Source: the human T2T-CHM13v2.0 reference genome, Homo sapiens
Direction: 5' to 3' (one strand)
NCBI RefSeq assembly: GCF_009914755.1
Contig: NC_060935.1
Length of the DNA: 64,000 bases
The first letter of the stretch is position 1, and each line of letters opens with the position of its first letter. Below, piece after piece: positions 51,277 to 61,992 of this stretch. A program made the position numbers and the translations under genes. Below the pieces are notes generated by a model. That model did no database searches, was not told the DNA's origin, and worked only from the letters and a program-made list of their open reading frames with translations.

Positions 51277-52293
51277 TTACATTTTGGCATGATTTTGCAG
51301 CGGCTGGTACCGGTTGTTCCTTTCCATGTTTAGCGCTTCCTTCAGGAGCTCTTTTAGGGCAGGCCTGGTGGTGACAAAATCTCTCAGCATTTGCTTGTTT
51401 ATAAAGTATTTTATTTCTCCTTCACTTATGAAGCTTAGTTTGGCTGGATATGAAATTCTGGGTTGAAAATTCTTTTCTTTAAGAATGTTGAATATTGGCC
51501 CCCACTCTCTTCTGGCTTGTAGGGTTTCTGCCGAGAGATCCGCTGTTAGTCTGATGGGCTTTCCTTTGAGGGTAACCCGACCTTTCTCTCTGGCTGCCCT
51601 TAACATTTTTTCCTTCATTTCAACTTTGGTGAATCTGACAATTATGTGTCTTGGAGTTGCTCTTCTCGAGGAGTATCTTTGTGGCGTTCTCTGTATTTCC
51701 TGAATCTGAACGTTGGCCTGCCTTGCTAGATTGGGGAAGTTCTCCTGGATAATATCCTGCAGAGTGTTTTCCAACTTGGTTCCATTCTCCACATCACTTT
51801 CAGGTACACCAATCAGATGTAGATTTGGTCTTTTCACATAGTCCCATATTTCTTGGAGGCTTTGCTCATTTCTTTTTATTCTTTTTTCTCTAAACTTCCC
51901 TTCTCGCTTCATTTCATTCATTTCATCTTCCATTGCTGATACCCTTTCTTCCAGTTGATCGCTTCGGCTCCTGAGGCTTCTGCATTCTTCACGTAGTTCT
52001 CGAGCCTTGGTTTTCAGCTCCATCAGCTCCTTTAAGCACTTCTCTGTATTGGTTATTCTAGTTATACATTCTTCTAAATTTTTTTCAAAGTTTTCAACTT
52101 CTTTGCCTTTGGTTTGAATGTCCTCCCGTAGCTCAGAGTAATTTGATCGTCTGAAGCCTTCTTCTCTCAGCTCGTCAAAATCATTCTCCATCCAGCTTTG
52201 TTCTGTTGCTGGTGAGGAACTGCGTTCCTTTGGAGGAGGAGAGGTGCTCTGCGTTTTAGAGTTTCCAGTTTTTCTGTTCTGTTTTTTCCCCAT
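51277..52293 (-). CDS. L1 ORF1p (RNA-binding chaperone), full-length 338 aa, with His at position 159
   Basis: MGKKQNRKTGNSK...NHAKM; REKG, ARR and YPAKLS motifs intact. Confidence 0.96.
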   Translation of the reverse strand: MGKKQNRKTGNSKTQSTSPPPKERSSSPATEQSWMENDFDELREEGFRRSNYSELREDIQTKGKEVENFEKNLEECITRITNTEKCLKELMELKTKARELREECRSLRSRSDQLEERVSAMEDEMNEMKREGKFREKRIKRNEQSLQEIWDYVKRPNLHLIGVPESDVENGTKLENTLQDIIQENFPNLARQANVQIQEIQRTPQRYSSRRATPRHIIVRFTKVEMKEKMLRAAREKGRVTLKGKPIRLTADLSAETLQARREWGPIFNILKEKNFQPRISYPAKLSFISEGEIKYFINKQMLRDFVTTRPALKELLKEALNMERNNRYQPLQNHAKM

Positions 52294-53199
52294 CTTTGTG
52301 GTTTTATCTACTTTTGGTCTTTGATGATGGTGATGTACAGATGGGTTTTCGGTGTAGATGTCCTTTCTGGTTGTTAGTTTTCCTTCTAACAGACAGGACC
52401 CTCAGCTGCAGGTCTGTTGGAATACCCTGCCGTGTGAGGTGTCAGTGTGCCCCTGCTGGGGGGTGCCTCCCAGTTAGGCTGCTCGGGGGTCAGGGGTCAG
52501 GGACCCACTTGAGGAGGCAGTCTGCCCCTTCTCAGATCTCCAGCTGCGTGCTGGGAGAACCACTGCTCTCTTCAAAGCTGTCAGACAGGGACACTTAAGT
52601 CTGCAGAGGTTACTGCTATCTTTTTGTTTGACTGTGCCCTGCCCCCAGAGGTGGAGCCTACAGAGGCAGGCAGGCCTCCTTGAGCTGTGGTGGGCTCCAC
52701 CCAGTTGGAGCTTCCCGGCTGCTTTGTTTACCTAAGCAAGCCTGGGCAATGGCGGGCGCCCCTCCCCCAGCCTCGTTGCCGCCTTGCAGTTTGATCTCAG
52801 ACTGCTGTGCTAGCAATCAGCGAGACTCCGTGGGCGTAGGACCCTCTGAGCCAGGTGTGGGATATAGTCTCGTGGTGCGCCGTTTCTTAAGCCGGTCTGA
52901 AAAGCGCAATATTCGGGTGGGAGTGACCCGATTTTCTAGGTGCGTCCGTCACCCCTTTCTTTGACTCAGAAAGGGAACTCCCTGACCCCTTGCGCTTCCC
53001 AGGTGAGGCAGTGCCTCGCCCTGCTTCGGCTCGCGCACGGTGCGCACACACACTGGCCTGCGCCCACTGTCTGGCACTCCCTAGTGAGATGAACCCGGTA
53101 CCTCAGATGGAAATGCAGAAATCACCCGTCTTCTGCGTCGCTCACGCTGGGAGCTGTAGACCGGAGCTGTTCCTATTCGGCCATCTTGGCTCCTCCTCC
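52294..53199 (-). promoter_or_regulatory. L1 5' UTR: CpG-rich internal sense promoter plus antisense promoter; YY1 site at 53179-53188
   Basis: CpG-dense 906-bp UTR with CAAGATGGCC intact near the 5' end. Confidence 0.9.
52749..52964 (+). CDS. L1 ORF0 (71 aa, antisense ORF in the 5' UTR)
   Basis: gcaATGg start; MAGAPPPASLPPCSLISDCCASNQRDSVGVGPSEPGVGYSLVVRRFLSRSEKRNIRVGVTRFSRCVRHPFL*. Confidence 0.88.
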   Translation: MAGAPPPASLPPCSLISDCCASNQRDSVGVGPSEPGVGYSLVVRRFLSRSEKRNIRVGVTRFSRCVRHPFL

Positions 53200-53734
53200 G
53201 AAAACATTTATTGTATGCTTACTGTCTACAGACACTACTGGATACTAAGGAATCTTTTTCAATCTTAAAAGAGTAATTCTTACGATAACTGGGGACTGTA
53301 GGCCTAAGATGTTCCCAGTTATCCTGAGTGTAGGCTTTGCATTGGGATAACATGAGATTTCTTAAAGCCATGTGCCTGAACCCAGGGGTGTGGTTCCACG
53401 AAGTATAGAAAAATAGAGGGAAAACATTAAAATTTACTGAGTCTTCTTTTTGTTGCCTCAAGGCCTCCTGGGAACATCACATAGATTTATAATAAACAAG
53501 AAGATGACATCTCCAAATGATCTGAGACCCACAGATGTACCATTAGCTTCTATATCCTATTAACCTGTTATTTGGATTATACCCCTGTTTGTATAAATTC
53601 TGGGAAGATTTGTCATTTACAGTGAGAGAAACCACTGCTACTTTTTGGCAAGTGTACACAGTAGGTCATTTTGGAGTAAAATTTTAAGCACCATTTGAGA
53701 GATCCATCTTAATTGTGTACATGTAAGGCACTGA

Positions 53735-54180
<446 letters not shown>

Positions 54181-55537
54181 ACTTTATTGTTTTTTTTATT
54201 CTTAAAACTTAATACCTTCAGTATGCTAAATTATTTACTTATTTATTACATCTATTATTTGACCCCTGCTAGAAATTAAACTCTATGAGACTGGAGATCT
54301 TTGTTTTGTTCACTGTCATATTCCCAACACCTGAGAATTTCTGGAACATAGCAGGCATTTAGTAAGTGGTTACTGGACTTTCTGTTTATAAGAGTAATCA
54401 ACTGAAAAAATATAAACAATATGACCATATTTATTCCTCACACTGCTGGCTATTTTGGGGATATATTATTACTATTATTATAAGGATTTCACTCAGAATA
54501 TTTTTCAGTATTGTTTTAAATGCTTTTCTACTGATTGAAGAATCTCTTCAATATGGCAGTAAGAATAAGAGTAGTGAGAAGTTAGAACTGCTAAAGATAA
54601 GAACTTAAATTCTCTTCTGTCTAAGATAAGACTCAAGTCATTTATCCTGGCCTGTCCCCGAGCCGTGCCTAAATAGTCTTCTTTGTGGGACTGACTGCCT
54701 TCTAGTTGGAGAGGCTGCACTAGTGCTTTCCTCATGGGAATGGTGTCAGTGCCACACACAAGCACATGTGAGAGTCTGACCCTCTAAAAGTCAGAGATAA
54801 CTCCTGATGGTTAACTTCATGCCTGCACAGTACCACTGAAGTCCATATTTTCTTTTTCATCCTTCCAAGGAGGAAGAACAATTGTACTCCTTTTCCCTGT
54901 AGTGCTACCAGAGTGCTGACTCTTGATTTCTCTTAGGTCTGCTTTTCCTAACTTTTTGATATCTTATCTCCCTGAACTGTCACCAAGTAGGCAGGGGCCT
55001 GAAGCCTTTTCTAAGAAGATTTCAAGCAGGGTTGACCACTAAGGAGAAATGTCTGGATTTGAAGCCAAGCTAAAGAGTATCTATAGCATGCAGCTCCTAC
55101 CTGGGGGGAGGGTAGGAGAAGATTCAGACCTTTCTCTTGAGGAGCTTGTGACCTTTGCACAGATAACAGGTGGCCCTGTTTCTTGTGAACTGTGTGATCT
55201 GACCTGGTTACCTCACATCTCCATGTCCTCCTCTTTACAATAGTGCATAGCCCACAAGGTAGTTGTGAGGATTTTATGGGGTAATTGGAGGAAGAATTTA
55301 GAGCAATGCTTCATTTACACTGAGAACTCAGTAAATGTTAGCAATTGCTATCTTCCATATATGGGTTCAGCAAACATTTAGTGGGCCTGGATAAGATCAC
55401 TGTACAAGTTGATTGCATACTGGTTCACTGGTTCAATTTTTACAGGAATTCAGTAAGATAAATACTATTCTCTGAATTCAAAAAACAACTTCTTCAGGGC
55501 CACAAAACACTGGGGATAAAGACAAGAAGAACTACAG

Positions 55538-55823
55538 CAGGGGTCCCCACCTACTCGCCCCCAGCCTCAGACTGGTACCGGTCAGTGGTCTGTTAGGAAC
55601 TGGGCCACATAGCAGAAGGTGAGCGGTGTGCGAGCGAGCATTCCCGCCTGAGCACCACATCCTGTCACATGAGCAGTGGCATTAGATTATTGTAGGAGTT
55701 CTAACCCTACTGTGAACTGTGCATGTGAAGGATGTAGGTTGAAATCATCCCCGCAACTCCCTCCATGGAAAAATGGTCTCCCACAAAAGCAGTCCCTGGT
55801 GCCAAAAAGGTTGGGGACCGCTG
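55538..55823 (+). mobile_element. MER1B (internally deleted copy)
   Basis: CAGGGGTCCCC...GGTGCCAAAAAGGTTGGGGACCGCTG; same family as 10200-10542. Confidence 0.88.
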
Positions 55824-55999
55824 AATGAGAGGACGATGTGGACCATCAAATAAACCATTTAACAGAATTTCTTCATTTCTTTCTTCCTTAATGAAAGCTG
55901 TCTCAGTACTGTGTCAGACCTTGTGGAAGATAGACAAAGTAATGTCCCTTACCTTAACTAATTTGATAGTCTGGGAGGTGAGACCGACTTTTCTGCTTA

Positions 56000-56550
56000 T
56001 TATTACTGTGTAATAAATTATGCAAAAACTTAGCACATAAAACAGCCATTTTATCATGATTATTTTTTGGATCAGAAATTCAGAAAGGCCATAGCAAAAA
56101 TTGATCTGTGCTCCATGATGTCCGAGGCCTCAGCCAGGAAGATAGCTGGGAACCAAACAACTGGGGCTGGAGGATCCCCTTCTAAGATGGTTTCTTCACT
56201 CCCAGGTTTGGTGCCTGGGCAGGTTTGACAGGAAGGCTCAGTTTAACTGTGACTGTCGACCAGAATAACTACTTGGTGGCCCTTCCCCGCAGCATGGATT
56301 TTTCTCCATGAACCCTGGGTTCAGAGAGGCAGTGTCCCAAAAGCGTGCCCCCTCAAGAGCTAGCGTTGCAAGACTAGATGGATACTTCCAGGTCTTTTCT
56401 AGCTTCAGAAGTCTCACAGTGTCACTTCTGCTGTATTCTAGTTATTGAAATAGTCAGAAGTCTGCCCAAATTCAAGAGGAGGGGAGATAGACCCCATTAT
56501 CTTTATGTGGAGATGCCAAAGAATTTTAGAACTACATTTTAAAACATAGG
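56000..56550 (-). mobile_element. Old MLT1 LTR
   Basis: ttactgtgtaataaatta...ggggctggaggatcc..ttctaagatgg...cagaagtctcacagtgtcacttctgctgtattct. Boundaries approximate. Confidence 0.65.
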
Positions 56551-56984
56551 CATAAAAATTGCTGTCACACAGACAAACACCACACTGCAGTGTTAAAGGT
56601 TCTCTGAAAGATGTGAACTCTGTACTATTGGGAACAGAGAAGGGAAGCATAATGACCAGTTTATGGTCAAGGCACAGACCAGATTGAACGGGGGCACAGC
56701 ATTTGGGATGAGTTTTTATGGATCAGAAATTAGCCAAAGAAAGAGGTAAGAATGGCTGCTGGCGAAGGGTATTCTGGTCCTGCTACAGTGATGAATCACA
56801 GATTTTTTTCTAGGGGACTCTAGCTCGTTATTCATACTATTTGGATCATAATGCTGAGAGACACCATCCCAAATGCTATAATCCTGAATGTTGAAATCTC
56901 AAAAGATCAAAATCCCTGAAGGTCAAAATCTCTAAAGTCTAAAATAACGAACCTCTCAAATACTGAAAATCACAGTCACTCTGT

Positions 56985-57605
56985 TAGGTGGAACTGTTAC
57001 CTTGTCATTGTCTTTATTTGGAAATTAAGGTGGCTTAAGGACATGCTTGTGGATGCCAAGTTGACAAAGGGTAGACTTGTGGATTTAATCTTAGGTGCCA
57101 GCTTGACTGGATGAAGGAATGCCCAGAGCCCTGGTAAAGCATTATTTGGGGTGTGTCTGTGGGGTGTGTTCCAGGGGAGATGAGTGTGAGTCTGAGTGGA
57201 CTAGGTGGGGAAGATCTGTCCTCAGTGTTGGTCTATGTTATCCAATCAGCTGGGGGCCCAGAGAGAACAAATACAGAAGGCAAATTGGTCTCTTTCTGGG
57301 AGTTGAGACAGATTTTCATCTGCTGCCTTTGACATCAGAACTCCACGTTCTCCAGCCTTGGGACTCCATGACGTAACACCAGCAGACCCCTGGGTAAGTT
57401 ATACCGTCAGCTTCCCTGGTTCTGAGGCCTTCACATTTGGACTGAGCCATGCTACCAGCATCCTAGGGTCTCCAGCTTGCAGACGGCCTGTTGTGGGACA
57501 TTTCAGCCACTGTAATTGCATGAACCAGTTTTTCTAGTAAATCCCTGTCCTATCTGTGTACATATCCTATTGATTCTGTCTCTCTGGAGAACCCTAATGA
57601 ATACA
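56985..57605 (+). mobile_element. ERV-L 3' end, polypurine tract and MLT2 LTR carried inside Ricksha
   Basis: gccaagttgacaaagggtagact|TGTG... (PPT then LTR start at ~57078) ...ctctggagaaccctaatgaataCA. Confidence 0.8.
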
Positions 57606-57662
57606 GATGTGGTATTAGGGAAGCCAGATATCATTCCTTCTTACTATATTCCTTCTGACACA

Positions 57663-58035
57663 ATGGAAGAGATCTGTGAGATTGTTCACTCACAAAAAAG
57701 TATATGAGGCTACTTAATGGTGAAAGAAAAGTTTAAAAGTGAATTATTATTGGTGCTTCAGAAGCAGAAAATTGCTTAATTGCAATGGCCAAGCAGTAAC
57801 CAGACCTTCAAATGGACAGCATATACTTACAAAATTTGTAGACCACAACCACTCAACAAATACAAGTGTAGCTAATGTTTTGAAGATCATACAAGAAGTG
57901 AAAATGCAGATGAAAAATACAAATCTCCCCTGCCAGGTTATTCAATTATGTACAACTTCTGCCTCTCCACAAATATTGCCAATTCACTACGCTATGTGTT
58001 TCATTTTCACATCACTTCTAATACCAGAGGTTTAA
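57663..58035 (+). pseudogene. Frameshifted N-terminal MULE transposase remnant with FLYWCH-type zinc finger
   Basis: ATG at 57663 (MEEICEIVHSQK), then GYLMVK.., then NYYWC....LNC.G.A.T...HILTKFVDHNH (ORF 57739..58035). Confidence 0.65.
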
Positions 58036-60060
58036 GTTGTGTACATTCTTTTAGAGAGTTCTAATTTGTGCTTTTCTTTTTTTGCAAGTTTGACTCCATG
58101 AAAGTATATTATCACAACATCGACTTTGTGTGTAAACATTGTGCATGTATGTAAAAACATTGAAACTTCCTCAATAAGTGAAGAGATGTCCTTTTTGTAC
58201 ATGAGCATTTGTGAAAGATAAAATTTCTTGAGATCTCAGCTCTGTGGGTGACTGCATATGCAGTGGTGACCCATCGCGGTTTTGGATTAAACTTGTCAAA
58301 AGCCTTAGGTTGTCTGTCATGGTATTTCAGACAACTGCAGTTATAAAGCTTGGTGATATGTGTTTATGCATTTCCCTTTTTGAGCTGTTTCTTTATGAAT
58401 ATAATTTGTCTGTCATAACCATTATACTTCTGAGACTCTCATTAATATACCTGAATGTTTATGCTTGCACAACTATGGACTTTGTTATTACCTAGTTCAT
58501 TGTGAAAAGGTGGCCTATGAAGTGTTCTATCATGTTTTTATATGTTTTTCAAATAAACCTCCCTAAAAAATATAAATATCTTTTAAAGAATTAACACATT
58601 TTTTTTTGTCAGAGTTATATTTTCTGGATTTTTATCTTTTGAGATTTCAACATTCGGGATTATGGCATTCAGGATTGTGTCTTTGGGGATTATGATCGGC
58701 TTTTTCATAGGCAGGCCATCATTCCTCTTTGGATCTTGAAAGGTTCGTTTTCTCTCCAAGAGAACGCTCCTTTTCTGTTTATAGAGATTTGTATTTGACA
58801 ACTAATTCAGCACAGTTTTAACCTGTAATGGCAGTAAACCTAGTCTCAATTTTCATGGGATGGGAGAGGTGGGTCGTTGTAATGTAATGTTGATTTTGTG
58901 GACTCAGAGTTTTTGCTTTGGAGTTGCTTGTTGAATCAACTGATTACCAAAGCAGACTCATTTCCTTTCCCCACAGACCTGCCCTTTTCTTTCAGTTCCA
59001 GCATCAGGTGGCTTTACTTCTCTCTTTCTCATTTAGGTGACATCTTTTACTCCTTCCTCTTTCTTCCTCTTTGGCCATCAAAGTCCTGGAGATTCAACTT
59101 CTGCAATATCTTCCATCTGTTTCCTCTCTATCCCTCCTACCCACTCTCTCATCAAACTCCAGAATGTGGGTTTCACGAGAGAAGAGATTTTTGTATGAAC
59201 AGCATCTGGCTCATAACAGGCTTGTCATTTTCTGTTGGATGTTGAGTGAATTATGTTGTAACAAATGCTGCAGCCATTTTTCCTAACCAATCTCTGCACA
59301 CTGGCCTCTTAAATAGATCTTTAAGAAACAACCGATATTCTTGTTTCAAACCTTCCAGTGGCTTATCTTAGGCCTCAGAAGAAAAGTTCAAACCCAGAAA
59401 CTGGCTTACATCACAGGTTATCATAACTTCAAGTTCCAACCGTTTCTGGGTCCTGGTACCCCCCTGTACCCCCCCCCCCCCCCACATACACAATATTTGG
59501 CAGCTACACTTGCTGTTTCCTGGACCCGTTGTTTTCACTGTCCCATTCCTTTGCTCGGAATGTTTTCCCTTTTGTCACCTACTGAAATCTTACCCATCCT
59601 TTGCACCCTTGATGACACCTAAAAACCAGCTCCTGATATTCAATGACTTGTCACCTCATCTTTGCCCCTGCAGGTTGTTGAATCTATTTTGCCACTATGT
59701 CTTAGATTTTGGTTAATTGCAAATATCTGAGCATATGGGTCCCATGAAGGAAGGGACCTTAGCTTGGTAATTTCTAATCCGTGTGCCTAGCATAGTGTAT
59801 GGCACAAAGTAAGTGCCCAATACATGGTGGAGAGTCTTGTTCTTTTTGATGGAGATGCTACTCTTACTATTGTAATTAATGCGATTATGATGACAGAGGG
59901 ATCAGCCTGAACAAAGGCTTAGGGCAGAGGGCAGGATGGCTGGAAAGATGCGTGGTGTTGATATAGTATTGACGTCATTACTGTCATGCAGTGGTGGCTA
60001 TCGTGATCCCCGCCGCACAGGCGGTTCCTTGGGACCTCTGGGGGCCAGTCATGCCAGATC

Positions 60061-60079
60061 TGGCCACTAGGTGGCACCC
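60061..60079 (+). promoter_or_regulatory. Strong CTCF motif
   Basis: TGGCCACTAGGTGGCACCC matches the CTCF core CCASYAGRKGGCRS at every core position. Confidence 0.7.
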
Positions 60080-61672
60080 GTGTTCCACGAGCGCTAGTCG
60101 GAGAGCAACCCGCGGGCTTGGGCTCAGGCTCAGTGCAGGATCTGGCTTGCTGACGCTTGCCTGGCCAGATTGGTGTTCAGCCCTGCCCCACGTTGGCACC
60201 CTAGAACTTTGGCACCCTAGGCTGGCAGGATCCCTCGACTGGCCACAAACCCAGCTTCTGCAGGCTCGACCCCAGTCAGGTCCCACAAACATTGATTTGT
60301 AATTACTGTTTCCTGCAGATTGGGCGATGCCCCTCTCCTAGGCAGCCCATCTGGCCATTAGTCGGGTTGGCAGGAAGTGCTGAGAAGGTCTAAGTCCCAG
60401 ATCAGACGGGGCACAAGTGAATCATCAGCTCTCTCAGTCATAGAGTCAGCCCTTCAGTGGTGTATACCAAGAGTGCCAGATCTGAAAAAATGTTTTCTCT
60501 AGGCAGCCTCCTACTGTCCTGCCTCCCTGCACCCAGCCTAGCCCTCGGAAATGTCACACATCTACCTGTCTTTATAATTATGTCCCAACCACTGTCTAGC
60601 GTTTCCTCTGAGCAACAGATGACTTGCAAAAAATGGGTGTCACAATGTGTTGGAGGGAGATTGAGAGTAGCCTTCTGCAAAGAGGATGCCCGGATGTACT
60701 CAGGCAGGCGAGCTGATCCTCTTTGGGGCCTGTCCTGGCCACATGTGCCATCTTCCTTCTGTAGCTGTCTCAGGCTCATCTTCCCAGCAGAGGCTTCCTT
60801 CGTCCTCGACACCTAGGCTCTGTGGGCACCCAGACCTTGTCCCTAAACTGTCAGTGGGTAACACAGCTCTTGGCACTGTCTTTTTAAAGTCCACTTCCAA
60901 GTCAAAGGTTGTTAGGGGCTGTTAGCTCTCATTTGGGAGCCGGAGTTCTTACTGTAATTGTTCATGAGCTCATGGAAATAGAGGGGTTTAGTTTGTCTGT
61001 TTCATACTCAAGCACAAAAGGGGATATGATGAGAACCCTCATGTAGTCATGTACTTATGCATTATATGTATCACATCTGTGCAGGGTTCTGGAAGGGGTG
61101 ATGTCTTTGAGGTGTTTATATGGCCTATGACACAGGACACAAGAGGCTTAATCCTTCCCCACCCCACATCCACACATGCTCTGGGGGGAATGTGTTACAC
61201 AGGAAGAGCCAGGCTAGGAAGGCTTCTGCCTGGTCTGCTGTGTGGAAGCAGGGAGGGACTGGGGCGGGGAAGGCAGGGTATAGGAAGCCATTTAGAGCCT
61301 GGATCACAACCAGGAAATTACTCCTCTGCTCCAAAAAAGCTTAAAATACCTTCTCTTCCACCAAAGAAAACTCACAGGATGAAAATACATCTAAGAGAGG
61401 AACTCAACAGAGCATGAAATAGAGATAAAGCTGTATCTGCTCAAACCATTCTGGGCTTTGGGCCCCAAAGGAAGTGCACTTCCCTGGCAGGTGTGAGGAC
61501 GACAGAGTGTTTGGCTCGTCAGGTAAACCCTGAGAAAGGGTATATAATCGTCAGGTAAACACTGAGTAGGGATATAATTCCTTCTGTGAATCCCACCTAG
61601 GGCCCTAGTGCTGAAGGATAGGAGAGCAGCCTGGAGCACAGGAAAGACGACTAGCAGAATTTAGGGCCTGCT

Positions 61673-61992
61673 GGCTGGGCACGGTGGCTCGCGCCTGTAA
61701 TCCCAGCACTTTTGGAGGCAGAGGCAGGTGGATCATTTGAGGTCAGGAGTTCAGTACTAGCCTGGCCAACATGATGAAACCCCTGTCTCTACTAAAAATA
61801 CAAAAATTAGCCGGGCAGTAGTGGTGCACAGCTGTAATCCCAGCTACTCGGGAGGCTGAGGCAGGAGAATTGCTGGAGCCTGGGAGGCGGAAGTTTCAGT
61901 GAGCCAAGATCGCACCACTGCACACCAGTCTGGATGAGAGAGTGAGAGTGAGAACCTGTCTCAAAAAAAAAAATAAAAATAAAAATAAAAAA
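61673..61992 (+). mobile_element. Alu (AluSx-like)
   Basis: Full Alu with an (A5T)n tail; TSD-like aatttagggcctgct/aatgtaggacctgct. Confidence 0.93.

Larger units (their letters stand above)
56838..58701 (+). mobile_element. Ricksha-type MULE/MuDR DNA transposon with captured ERV-L/MLT2 segment
   Basis: ~75-bp imperfect TIRs (56838-56915 and 58626-58701: GATCATAAT..AGACAC.ATCC..AATGC.ATAATCC.GAATGTTGAAATCTCAAAAGAT.AAAATCC); candidate 9-bp TSD tattcatac/ttttcatag; internal MLT2 LTR and FLYWCH-like ORF remnant. Confidence 0.85.

Noticed and set aside
56838-56945. Regularly spaced ~15-bp repeats suggestive of an array (CRISPR-like)
   Set aside because: There are no unique spacers and the context is eukaryotic; they are subrepeats of the Ricksha TIR.
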